Shown here one piece after another: positions 37,112-48,012 of a stretch of 64,000 nt of DNA. The notes beneath the pieces are model-generated. The model did not search any database. It was not told the origin of the DNA and worked only from the letters and a program-made list of their open reading frames with translations. Every line of letters starts with the position of its first letter. Within the stretch, counting starts at the first letter, position 1. Made by a program: the position numbers and the translations under genes. This DNA is from Mobula hypostoma (lineage: Eukaryota): the NCBI RefSeq assembly GCF_963921235.1, contig NC_086107.1, forward strand, positions 98,954,001-99,018,000, in the 5' to 3' direction.

Positions 37112-37289
37112 CTGTTACCAAGTTCTAATTTGGCCAGAGCCACTCAGACCCAGGCCACAGATGAATCCATGTGTGGCTCAGAAGGGAAGTGGGGAGAAGA
37201 GGCGAACTACAGTGATAGGGATTTCAATGGTGAGGGGAACAGGCAGGAGGTGCTGAGCATGGGAGCTGAAAAAGATCTTAGATGGATTG

Positions 37290-38160
37290 TTTGCATCTGT
37301 ATTTACTCAGAAGATGGACACAGGGTCTACAGAGGTGAGGCAAAACAGTAGGGAGGTCATGGACAGTATACAGATTACAGAGGATGAGGTGCTCACTGTC
37401 CTGAGGCAAATTAGGCTTGATAAATCCCCAAGGCCTGACAAGGTGTTCCCTTGGACCTTGAGGGAGACTAGTGCAGAAATTGCAGGGGCCCGAGCAGAGG
37501 TATGGACTTTAGCAAGGCCTTTGACAATGTCCCGCATGGGAGGTTGGTCAAAAAGGTTCAATCACTTGACATTCAGGATGAGTTAGTAAATTAGTTCAGA
37601 CATGCTTCACGGGACAAGCCGAGAGTGATTAGTAGATGGTTGCCTCTCTGACTGGAGGTCTGTCACTGGTGACGCGGCGCAGGAATTGATGCTAGATCCA
37701 TTATTGTTTGTCACCTGTATCAGTAATCTGGATGATAATGTAGTAACACACATAAAAGTTGCTGGTGAACGCAGCAGGCCAGGCAGCATCTCTAGGAAGA
37801 GGTGCAGTCGACGTTTCAGGCCGAGACCCTTCAGGATCCTCACGAAGGGTCTTGGCCTGAGACGTCGACTGCACCTCTTCCTAGAGATGCTGCCTGGCCT
37901 GCTGCATTCACCAGCAACTTTTATGTGTGTTGCTTGAATTTCCAGCATCTGCAGAATTCCTGTTGTTTGATAATGTAGTAAACTGGATCAACAAATCTGT
38001 GGACGACACCTAGATTGGGGGTGTAGTGGACAGTGAAAAAGACTATCAAAGCTTACAGCAGGAACTGGACCAGCTGAAAAATGGCAGATGGAATTTAATG
38101 CAGGCAATTGTGAAGTGTGGCACTTTGGGAGGACAAACCAGGGTAGAACTTGCATGGTGA
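37290..38160 (+). mobile_element. CR1 LINE RT fragment interrupted by a palindromic insertion
   Basis: DKSPRPD, MDFSKAFD, ISNLDDNVV/NWINKSVDDT (degenerate FADD) motifs. Confidence 0.85.
37747..37969 (+). mobile_element. Palindromic Penelope-derived element with arms of about 90 bp; 14-bp TSD tgataatgtagtaa
   Basis: Inverted arms centred near 37835; TSD at 37733-37746 and 37968-37981; removing the insert restores the host CR1 reading. Confidence 0.85.
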
Positions 38161-38999
38161 GATATAAAAGAAGGATGCGGTCTGTTCTAAGTACTTCCAG
38201 AATTATCAGTTTTATTTTGGCTTTCCAATTTTCTACAGTCTTTCATCTTTCAAATCAATGAATGATTGATGAGCTGGAGCGGAGTGGAAAAAACATGTGA
38301 TAATAGACGTCAAATCATGGACCACTGGAGAGCAAACTACGGTCATCACCTAACATGCTGCTTCACCAGTAAACCCACATCCAAGAAGTGCACTCTCCCG
38401 CATTCACGAGAAATGCTGCAACTTCTGCAAGAATCCATACCTGTCCCATTCGCCAGCACCAGCCTTGACTTCCTTGCACTTAACTGGGTACCCTCTTCCA
38501 TGCAGGGAAGAACATCTGTCTGCTGCAGTAAACCAGCACAGGCAAAGGAGCTGCCCAGTTCAGTCCCAATCCCATACTCTGTGACCAGAGACCTGCAACT
38601 TTGTCTAGTTCTTTGTTTCTAAGTTATTATCCTCACTGAAATGTTCCCACAACCAATGGACTCACTTTCAAGGACTCGTCATCTCATGTTCTTGAAATTT
38701 ATTGCTTCGTTATTTGTCATTAATATTTCATCTTTTTGCATTTGCACAGTTTTTCTTTGTCTTCTGCACTCGGTTGAATGCCCAACATTGATTCTGTTAT
38801 GGTTGTTACTCTATGGATCTATTGAGTATCCCACAAGAAAATGAATCTCAGGGCTGTTTATGGTGATATACATCTACTTTGATAATAAAATTTACTTTGA
38901 ACTTTGAATATGTTTAGTTAGTGCATTCCAAATCACGAACAGATGCATTAAAAAAAATCCTTTTCTTTCATCCTAATCCTACACAAACAGAAACTCCTT

Positions 39000-40192
39000 T
39001 GTCTGTTAATTTCCAGAAGGCATTCGATAAGGTGCCACATAAAAGACTTATCCATAAGATAAGGATGCATAGAGTCGGGGGTGATGTGTTAGCATGGATA
39101 GAGGATTGGTTAACTAATAGAAAGCAGAGAGTTGGGATACATGGGTGTTTCTCTGGTTGGCGTTTGACGTTCCCCCTCCCCAATCAGTGGTGAATGGTGT
39201 GCCGCAGGGGTTGGTGCTGGGCCTGCAACTGTTCACAATATACATTAACGATCTGGAAGAGGGGACCAAGTGTAGTGTATCTAAGCTTGCTGATGATACT
39301 AAATTGAGTGGAAAAGCAAATTGAGCAAAGATACAGAGTCTGCAGAGAGATATAGATAGGTTAAGTGAGTGGGCAAGGGTCTGGGAGATGCAGTAGTGTT
39401 GGTAAATGCGAAATCATCCACTTGGAAGGAAAAAGGAAAGAGCAGATTATTATTTAAATGGAAAAAAAATTGCAGCATGCTGTTGTGCAGAGGACTTGGG
39501 AGGGCTTGTGCATGAATCACAAAAGGTTGGTTTGCAGGTGCAGCAGGCTATCAAGAAGGCAAATGGAATATTGGCCTTCATTGCTAGAGGGATTGAATTT
39601 AAGAGCAGGGAGGTTATGCTGCAACTGTACAGGGTACTGGTGAGGCTGCATCTGGAGGACTGCGTGCAGTTCTGGTCTCCTTACATGAAGAAGGATATAC
39701 TGGCTTTGGAGGCGGTGCAGAGGAGGTTCACCAGGTTGATTCCAAAGATAAGAGGGTTAGACTATGAGGAGAGATTGAGTCGCCTGAGACTGTACTCACT
39801 GGAATTCAGAAGAATGAGAAACATAAAATTATGAAAGGGATAAATAAGATAGAGGCAGGAAAGTTGTTTCCACTGGTAGGTGAGACTAGAACTAGGGGAC
39901 ACAGCCTCAAGATTCGGGGGAGTAGATTTAGGACAGAAGTAGTAACTGCTTTTCCCAGAGAGGGGTGAATCTGTGGAATTCTCTGCCCAAGAAGCAATGG
40001 AGGCTACCTCAGTAAATATATTTAAGACAAAGTTGAATAGATTTTTGCATAGTAGGGGAATTGAGGGTTATGGGGAAAAGCAGGTAGGTGGGAGTTGGGT
40101 CTATGGCCAGATCAGCCATGATCTTATTGAATGGTGGAGCAGACTCAATGGGCCAGATGGCCAAATCCTGCTCCTATTTCTTATCTTCTTAT
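39000..40192 (+). mobile_element. CR1 LINE RT to 3' end
   Basis: FQKAFDKVPHKRL, GVPQG.VLG, SKLADDTKL and LEAVQRRFTRLIP motifs with frameshifts. Confidence 0.92.
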
Positions 40193-40426
40193 GCTTCCTG
40201 GTCCTCTGGCAACTTACCCTCATCACAGATCACACAGGACTGGAGGGTGGCCATTTGGCTCACTGTGCCAACTTGAATTCTATCAAAACTCTTCCTAATT
40301 TTGAACACCTTCATTAATCTGCATGACCTTAAAAGCACAAAACCCTAACCCAGAAAGTCACATTATTCTTCTGTAACAAATCTCATGGAAACTTCAAACA
40401 CCGAAGAACAAAGTATAAACTCTCAC

Positions 40427-40546
40427 CCTTTTTTGAGTGAAGTTGTTTGCCACTGTAGTGGTGACTTTCATGGTTTTGTTTGCCATGGGGATTGAACGTA
40501 GAATATGGTCTTCCTCCTCCTCTTCAATATCCTCTTCATCAATAAC
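40427..40546 (-). CDS. POLDIP3: POLDIP3 exon 4: VIDEEDIEEEEEDHILRSIPMANKTMKVTTTVANNFTQKR
   Basis: ttcatctcag acceptor and gtgaga donor, 120 nt, phase 0/0; acidic run plus K.MK as in mammalian exon 4 (DLDEDDD...TKQMK). Confidence 0.88.
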
Positions 40547-40942
40547 CTGAGATGAAGAGCACAGTTAAGACTGCTTCACAGAGTTTTTTCTGAATCCAGG
40601 CCACAACCAAATGCTTCACATACAAACAATAAGCCTGTTCTGCAATTCACTGCTGTTCCGTATCGTAACTCCATATCTTTTTTACCCTGTATCTCTTCAT
40701 ATCAAGGAAGTTTGTGTCATCTCTCCCCCTTTTGGAGTCTGGGTATCACTCTTGTAATCTCATTGCTATAATAACTCCAAGCCTAATTTATCCTTGCCTT
40801 GGTGTGGTGCCATTCATAGTTTAGGTGTGGTCTAACCTGGAAGCTGTATAAATGCAACATTACCATCCTCCTTTTTTCTTTAATATTTTCAAAGTCAGAT
40901 GAAAATGAAACTGCTGTTCCAAAACACTAGTATGGACAGTAA

Positions 40943-41141
40943 GCAGCACACATCAAAGTTGCTGGTGAACGCAGCAGGCCAGGCAGCATCTATAGGAAGA
41001 GGCACAGTTGACGTTTCAGGCCGAGACCCTGAAACGTCGACTGCGCCTCTTCCTATAGATGCTGCCTGGCCTGCTGCGTTCACCAGCAACTTTGATGTGT
41101 GCTGCTTGAATTTCCAGCATCTGCAGAATTCCTGTTGTTTG
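40943..41141 (+). mobile_element. Palindromic Penelope-derived element; 14-bp TSD agtatggacagtaa
   Basis: TSD at 40929-40942 and 41142-41155; inverted arms of about 80 bp centred near 41025; same 3' end gcatctgcagaattcctgttgtttg. Confidence 0.85.
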
Positions 41142-41809
41142 AGTATGGACAGTAATGTAACTTTAACCATTGCAACTGTTCCCCAATGTTATACAGTACT
41201 GTGCAAAGGCCTTAGACATCCTAGATCTTTTATATGGTTTCAGATGGTATGGCCTCGACAGAGCCGTGATCTCAACATCATCGAGGCAGCCTGGGATTAC
41301 CTGGAGAGACAGAAGCAAGCGAGACAGCCAAAGCTGTTTGCAATCCCAAGCTCAATTAGAATCAAATACGAATCTGAGGTTGCCAATAGCCTGGCTCAGT
41401 TTTACAACCGTGACACGGAAATGGATGGAGTTAGAGAATTGATTTTCCAATGGGGAACAAGGACAATAGCCTTGCTCATGCGAACATTTAGTTGGAAGAA
41501 ATTTCTGGGCACCTGACACCAAATACCGCAGAAGCAGCCCGACAACTTAGTATCTGCTGGGCAAATACTGGTGGTGACGAAGGGTATCTCAGCACAGTGC
41601 AGCGATAGACCAACTCAGTCATATTGTTTCTCAATCCCTGTACACCTCAGCACTGCATTCCAGTGTGACATGTATGATTAAGCACAATATGTTATTTAAG
41701 AAGGATTTTTGCTACATTGTAAGTAAAGAGGACGAAGAGGAGGGAATGAAGATAGTCTCTTCCTTTCCTGCCGAAAAATCTGTGTGTTGCATAGTCACAC
41801 AATACTCAC

Positions 41810-41887
41810 CTGGCCAGGGCTTTGGTCATTCACCACATTAATCTGCATTCCCAAGGGATGTGACAATACAGGAGCAGAAGACTTTTT
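41810..41887 (-). CDS. POLDIP3: POLDIP3 exon 3 (cassette-type): KKSSAPVLSHPLGMQINVVNDQSPGQ
   Basis: cccattcacag acceptor and gtgagt donor, 78 nt, phase 0/0; HP.GM.INVVN matches mammalian exon 3. Confidence 0.93.
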
Positions 41888-42124
41888 CTGTGAATGGGAA
41901 TGAAAACACCCACATCAATAGGTTAAGTTTAAGAGCAGCTGAATGTAGCTGACCTGAGACAACACAGAGAAATTAAACAGATTTATAAACCAACAGTTTC
42001 AAGTACTTAACAGCTAATTACTTTCTGAATTTTAATCTCAAGTGTCACAGATGATGACCAAATTACACGTGACAAGTTTCGACAAATTACCAGCTCATAT
42101 TTTAATGAACTGGTGATAAGGAAA

Positions 42125-43220
42125 GGTTGAGTAGGTTAGGGCTTTATTCCTTGGAACGTAGAAGATTCAGAGGACATTTCATAGAGGTATACAAACTTCT
42201 GAGAGGTGTAGATAGGGTAAATGCAAACAGACTTTTTCCACTGAGGTTGGTTGGAACTACAACTAGAGGTCATGGGTTAAGGGTGAAAGGTGAAAAGTTT
42301 AGATATAGAAAACCTACAGCACAATACAGGCCCTTCGGCCCACAAAACTGTGCCGAACATGTCCTTACCTTAGAAATTACCTAGGGTTACCCATAGCCCT
42401 CTATTTTTCTAAGTTCCATGTACCTATCCAGGAGTCCTATCCAAAACCCTATCGTATCCACCTCCACCACCATCACCGGCAGCCCATTCCACACACTCAC
42501 CACTCTCTGTGTGAAAAAAACTCTTTAGGGCACGAGGGGAGACTTCTTCATTCAGAGGATTGTGAGAGTGTGGGATGAGCTGCAGTGCAAGTGGTGCATG
42601 CGAGCTTGATTTCAATGTTTAAGAAAAGCTTGGATAGGTACATGGATGGTAGGGGTATGGAGGGCTATGGCCTCAGTGCAGGTCAATGGGAGGAGGCAGC
42701 TTAAATGTCTCGGCATTGGCGGAGCAGACTCGAGAGGCCAAAAGGCCTGTTTCTGTGCTATACTCCTCTGTGAGCCTATGGTTGTGAATTAATGGATTAC
42801 AGAACTTCAAACAGTTTAGTAATGGAGCAGAGAAATGGTCCTCCAGCCCATCATGTCCACTGTAAATAATGTGTCTACTGATACCAATCCCATTTGCCCT
42901 CAAGTCATACCTATTCAAATGTCTATCTAAATACCTCTTAAATGTAGAGATTGTATCTGATTCCATCACCTCTTCTGGCTGTGCGTGCGAGATATCAACC
43001 ACATTGTGTTAAAAAACTTTCCCCTGAGATTCCCTTTAAATCCACTCCCTCTCACCTTAAACCAAAGCCCTCTTGTTTTTGACACCATAATTACATTCAC
43101 TTCTATCAGGTCAACCCACAGCCTCCTTCACTCCAGGAGACAAACCAAGACAACCCAATCTCTCCTTATATCTAAAATCCTGCAATCCTGGCGACACCCT
43201 GGTGAATCTCCTCTGTACCC
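42125..43220. mobile_element. Cluster of nested CR1 3' fragments in both orientations
   Basis: A + strand copy (RLGLYSLERRRFRG) is interrupted at about 42302-42520 by a minus-strand CR1 tail; another minus-strand copy lies at about 42790-43220. Confidence 0.8.
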
Positions 43221-43560
43221 TCTCCAAGTTATTAACTCGTTAACTCCAGCATTATTTCTCAGCACTCTTCTTTCCTTTCTAAACACATGGTATCCCCCGC
43301 ATCTCTGAAACTTCAAGAGCAGTGCACCTACATCCTCTTCCTCCTGTAAAGAACACTTTTTTTTTGTTGTAGTTCATGTTCTAATATCTATACCCTTGTT
43401 TTGAACTTCTTTAGGACAGGGAAGACCGTGTCATATCCACTCTGTCAAATCTGTTCATTATCCGCTCTTAACTCGATCACCATTAGTAAGGTTGAATCAA
43501 ATCTCCACTGGATGTTTACTCAATACCCATTTACTGTTTCCTCTTTTATGGAAATATAGT

Positions 43561-44193
43561 TGTAACCCTGAAGTCTTTATAAATTTATAACTTTTGTACA
43601 ATGTAATGTAACAAAATGGAACCTGTGAGATCCCAGAGCGCTTGGCTAATTTGTTGGTTGTTTTGATAGAGGGTTATAATGAGAGTTTGTATGTTTTATA
43701 GCCAGGGTGTGTGTTCATGGCAGGTAGTGTTTTGACAACAGAGAAAAACAGGACACAGCTGTCATGAGAGGAAGAAACTCAAAAGATAAATTGACTGATT
43801 AATGGACTGATAAATGGACTGATGAATCGACGGATGCAGATAAAGAAGAAATACTATTATGAGATGGAACGACCTTAAAGACTTGAAGCTGATGAGTCAC
43901 TGGTCTCCATAAAAGTATAAATATGGTTTGTTTTGTGCAGTAAGATTGAAATTACCTAACAACGACAAGGTATGGAGGTAGACTTTCTCTTGCAAGTAAT
44001 AACATGAATTTGCTGTGGTTTGTTGCTGTATATTAGAAGACCTAGCTGAACAGTACACAATACCTTCCACCCTAAATGATGATACTTTGCAACCTCCTGT
44101 ATCAGTAGATTGAAGTTGAAGTACCAAGAAATCTTATTCTCTATGACTTTATAACCACTGTTTCCCATCAGCTTCCATATCCAAATTGTCACA
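43561..44193. mobile_element. Possible solo LTR
   Basis: Begins TGTAAC and ends GTCACA, AT-rich with a TATA-like ataaaagtataaa; the TSD is imperfect (tagt vs taaa). Confidence 0.3.
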
Positions 44194-44711
44194 TAAATCC
44201 ATCTTTTTACAAAACACTGACTGTCCCAGCAAACTCAGTATGCCATCAGCTGAGTTGTTACTCTTAGTATCAACCCCAAATTAGAAGCAGTGGAAAATGC
44301 TGCAGTTTCTCCTTTCATATCCAGACATATGGCTTTTTAAAAGAGATAGAGAAATGCCTTTCATGCATTTTTCAGGATGCTGGTGTTCCAGATAAGGCCA
44401 GCATATCTTGCTACAGCTCCTCTAGTGAAGGTACTCAGTGAACAATGAAAACTTGGCTGAATCGTAATAATGTGTCTCAGAGGTTGTTTGCATGCATCTA
44501 CTGCCCCTCGACTTTCTTGATAGCAGATATCTCGGTTTTGGGAGGTGCTAACGGGGTTTCTTGGGAAGTAATTGCAATGTATTTTAGTGACAGTGCAGTC
44601 ATGGAGAAGGGTGGTAGAGGGGTTTCAGTCTGGTGGGCTGCTTGGTCCCTGATGATTCAGGCTTCATGACTGTAGAAGCTGCATTCACTTTAGCAAATGG
44701 AGACCACTTGA

Positions 44712-45258
44712 TCGTCTCATCATGGCTGATCCATTTTTCCTCTCAGCCCCAATCTCCTGCCTTCTCCCCATATCCCTTCATGCCCTGACCAATTAAGAAC
44801 CTATCAACCCCTGCCTTAAATATACCCAATGGCTTGGCCTCCACAAATGCCTGTGGCAACAAATTCCCACATTCACCATTCTCTAGCTAAAGAAATTCCT
44901 CCTCATCTCCATTCTAAACGGAAGTCTCCCTATTCTGAGGCTGCGTCCTCTGGTCTTAGAGTTCCCCACCATAGGAAACATTCTCTGCACGTCCAATCTA
45001 TCTAGGCCTTTCAACATTTGATAGGTTTCAATAAGAACCTCCCAATTCTCCTGAATTCCAGAGGGTCAGATCCATCAAACGCTCCTCGTACGATAAGCCT
45101 TTCAATCCCTGAATCACTTTCGTCAACCTCCTCCGAAACCTTACCAATGTCAGCAAATTCTTTCTTAGATAAGGCGCCCAAAACGGCTCACAATATTCCA
45201 AGTGAAGGCTCACCAGTGCCTTACAAAGCCTCAACATTACATCCTTGCTTTTACCCAC
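44712..45258 (-). mobile_element. CR1 LINE 3' fragment
   Basis: KSKDVMLRLCKALVSLHLEYC..FWAPYLRK peptide plus a CR1 3' UTR. Confidence 0.85.
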
Positions 45259-45709
45259 AGTACTACTTCTAAGTTTTGTTCAACAAGGAGCACTGATTCA
45301 TCATCTGAGAGAAGACAAGTGGGGACCAGAAGGACACTTCCTTGCCCATATTTGTTCTGCGTGTTGTCCAACCACCTAACACCATTAAGAAACCGGACAG
45401 CACTTCACTTCACATTTGTCAGCTTAACTGTTAAAAACATTTTACAGATGAATGTTTTGTAAAATTAATTCCAGAGAAAACAGAGAGGAAAAGCACAGCG
45501 TGCAGTGTTGGCACAGAGCAGTTCTGCTCATGAATGCTGTTTGTTTTATACCTCGACCTGGTCATTACATTAATACTGGTGACTAGGCTAATGCCAGCAG
45601 CATAGTGACTGGAACACCAGCACCCCTGTAAATAAATGTCAATTTAGTTAACGTCTGCATAAGCTTTTTTGTGCCAAATATTCTGAGGCTGTAGGTTAAA
45701 AGTTTCAAC

Positions 45710-46130
45710 CTGTGGTACTTGGATTGTTTTGGTTATCCTTCCTCCTGTGTTGATGGTTCCTGTGGCTGGAACAGTGGCCGCAGCTGGAGCACTTCTCCTG
45801 GCACTCAGCCGCTCCCGAGCATCCAAAATCTTCTTCACTGCCAGCCCCTTTTCACTCGCATCCTGGTTTTTCCTTGAATTGATCATTTCACGGGCATCGA
45901 GAACCTTTGGGGTGCCCCCTGTTATTTTTGAGCGCATGTCCTTCTGTCCCAAGCGATCGCGAGCGTCTCTCATGGTTAACCGCTGCCGAGCGTCAGTGAT
46001 GCCAATCTTCTGCCGTGCATCAAAAGTCCTCTGAAAGCTGCTGGCTGGCCAGCTTGTGCTTAAGTTTACAAACTGATCTCCAATCCGTGACTTAACACCA
46101 CCAATGATAGGCCTGGGACTCGATAGCGGT
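45710..46130 (-). CDS. POLDIP3: POLDIP3 exon 2 (DAR-repeat region): (R)PLSSPRPIIGGVKSRIG...FDARQKIGITDARQRL...ITKTIQVPQ; an alternative donor would end the exon at 45719
   Basis: ttgtttcag acceptor, phase 2; FDARQKIG, DAREM.NSRK and TKTIQ are conserved; the 3' boundary is ambiguous by 9 nt. Confidence 0.93.
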
Positions 46131-46881
46131 CTGAAACAATACAAGAAGCACAAATGAATCGTTCAGAGTCAAACACAAATTGAACAATGCTGCAAGCAAA
46201 ATACTGCAGAGGCTGGAAACCTGAAATAAACTTAGAAACACCAAGGTCAGGCAGCACATGTGGAGACAGTAACAGTTAATATTTCAGGCCAGTCATCAGA
46301 CTGGGAACATATCACCAGCCAGGGACGTTCATTTTGGACAGTTATCCCAGCTCGAACATGCCACTGCTCTGGGTACCAGGAAGGGTGAGCACTACACTCT
46401 GTTGTAGCCACTGTGATTTCACAGAGATGAACGTTTGCACTTGATCTTCGTTTTAAAACCCAGTCTGACAGAGGTGGCATTGGGTGCGGATGGGAGGAAA
46501 AGTACCACATACAGCCCAGGACGAGTGTGCTATGTGTAGCCCAGTGAGGTGAGAGGCACGGGTAGGGTATCTGGGCTTGGGTTCCATGTTCATTTATGCA
46601 TTCATGGGATGCGGATGCTGCTGGCTACTGGTCACCCCCAACGGTCGTTATGCGGAACTGGTAACTGCCATGCTGGGCTGGAAGCACACACTGTTATACA
46701 AATGGCAGATTTTCTTCTCTGAAGAATATTAGCGAAACAGATTTTTTAAAATCAACATGGTCGTTATTTCTCTTACTAACCTTTCATCCCAAACATAACT
46801 GATTACCTGAATTTAACTTCCACATCTGCTTTAGTGGGATCTGATCTCTACACCGGTGGTTTGGGAATCTGGACAACAGTC

Positions 46882-46998
46882 AGGCCTGAAACGTCAACTG
46901 TACCTCTTCCTAGAGATGCTGCCTGGCCTGCTGTGTTCACCAGCAACTTTTATGTGTGTTGCTTGAATTTCCAGCATCTGCAGATTTCCTCGTGTTTG
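46882..46998 (+). mobile_element. 5'-truncated copy of the Penelope-derived short element
   Basis: aggcctgaaacgtcaactg...gatgctgcctggcctgctg...gcatctgcagatttcctcgtgtttg; no TSD seen. Confidence 0.75.
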
Positions 46999-47471
46999 CG
47001 TAATTGATACACTACCACCTTTTTCACCAAGGGTAGGGAAGTCCAAAACTAGTGGACGTAGGATAAGGAGAAGAAGGGCAATATTTATTTAGTTATTTTT
47101 ATTTTACAGAGGGGGTGCTGAGTGTATGGAATGAGCTGCCAGAGGAAGTGGTTAAGGTATCGTCTAAGAAGCACTTGCACTTGGAATGCAGGAAATGGGA
47201 TTGACTAGCTGAGTGGACAAGGTGCTTTGCATGGACAGACTGGGGCAAAGGGCCTGTATCTACGCTGTATCGCTCTATGATTCTACTGTTTCTTTCAAAT
47301 ACAGGTGGACTGCTCAAGATGCAGGCAGCATCTGGGATAACTCGAGTATAGCAGGAGGCACAGGAAGGTTGGAGTAAGGATGGTGAAGAGAGTGTGGCTT
47401 TCAGGGTCCAGGGTTTGGAAACAAACAGTATGGTGCACACTGAGGTTGAAAGTCTCTTTCAAAATTCAGGG

Positions 47472-48012
47472 CAAGGTATATCATTCAAGGAAGTATGAAT
47501 AGAAAGTTGAGGGAAGAAACATAGAAAATAGGTGCAGGAGTAGGCCATTCGGCCTTTCGAGCCTGCACCGCCATTCAGTATGATCATGGTTGATCATCCA
47601 ACTCAGAACCCTGTACCTGCCTTCTCTCCATACCCCCTGATCCCTTTAGCCACAAGGGCCATATCTAACTCCCTCTTAAATATAGCCAATGAACCGGCCT
47701 CAACTGTTTCCTGTGGCAGAGAATTCCACAGATAAGAGTCTGTGCATTATATAAGGATAGAGCCAATAGGATCAGGATGGGCCAAATGAGCATGGGGGCA
47801 GAGTACTGTGACTGTAATGTAGAGAGTCCTGAATGTCATGAGCGACAAGGTATATCATTCAAGGAAGTGTGAATAGAAAGCTGAGGGACGAGTCGGTGCA
47901 ATACATAAAGATAGAACCAATAGGATCAGTACACAGGGTCCAGGATGGGCCAAATGAGCATGGGGGCAGGGTATTGTGACTGTAATGTAGACGATCCTGA
48001 ACGTCGTGAGCA
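47472..48012. repeat. Tandem duplication of a unit of about 160 bp; the first copy is interrupted by a minus-strand CR1 tail (about 47517-47733)
   Basis: caaggtatatcattcaaggaagt...gggccaaatgagcatgggggcag...gtgactgtaatgtaga occurs twice. Confidence 0.85.

Noticed and set aside
40899..41516. 205-aa ORF
   Set aside because: It reads through the palindromic insertion and a short Tc1-like transposase scrap (WP.QS.DLNIIE..WDYL); not a coherent gene.
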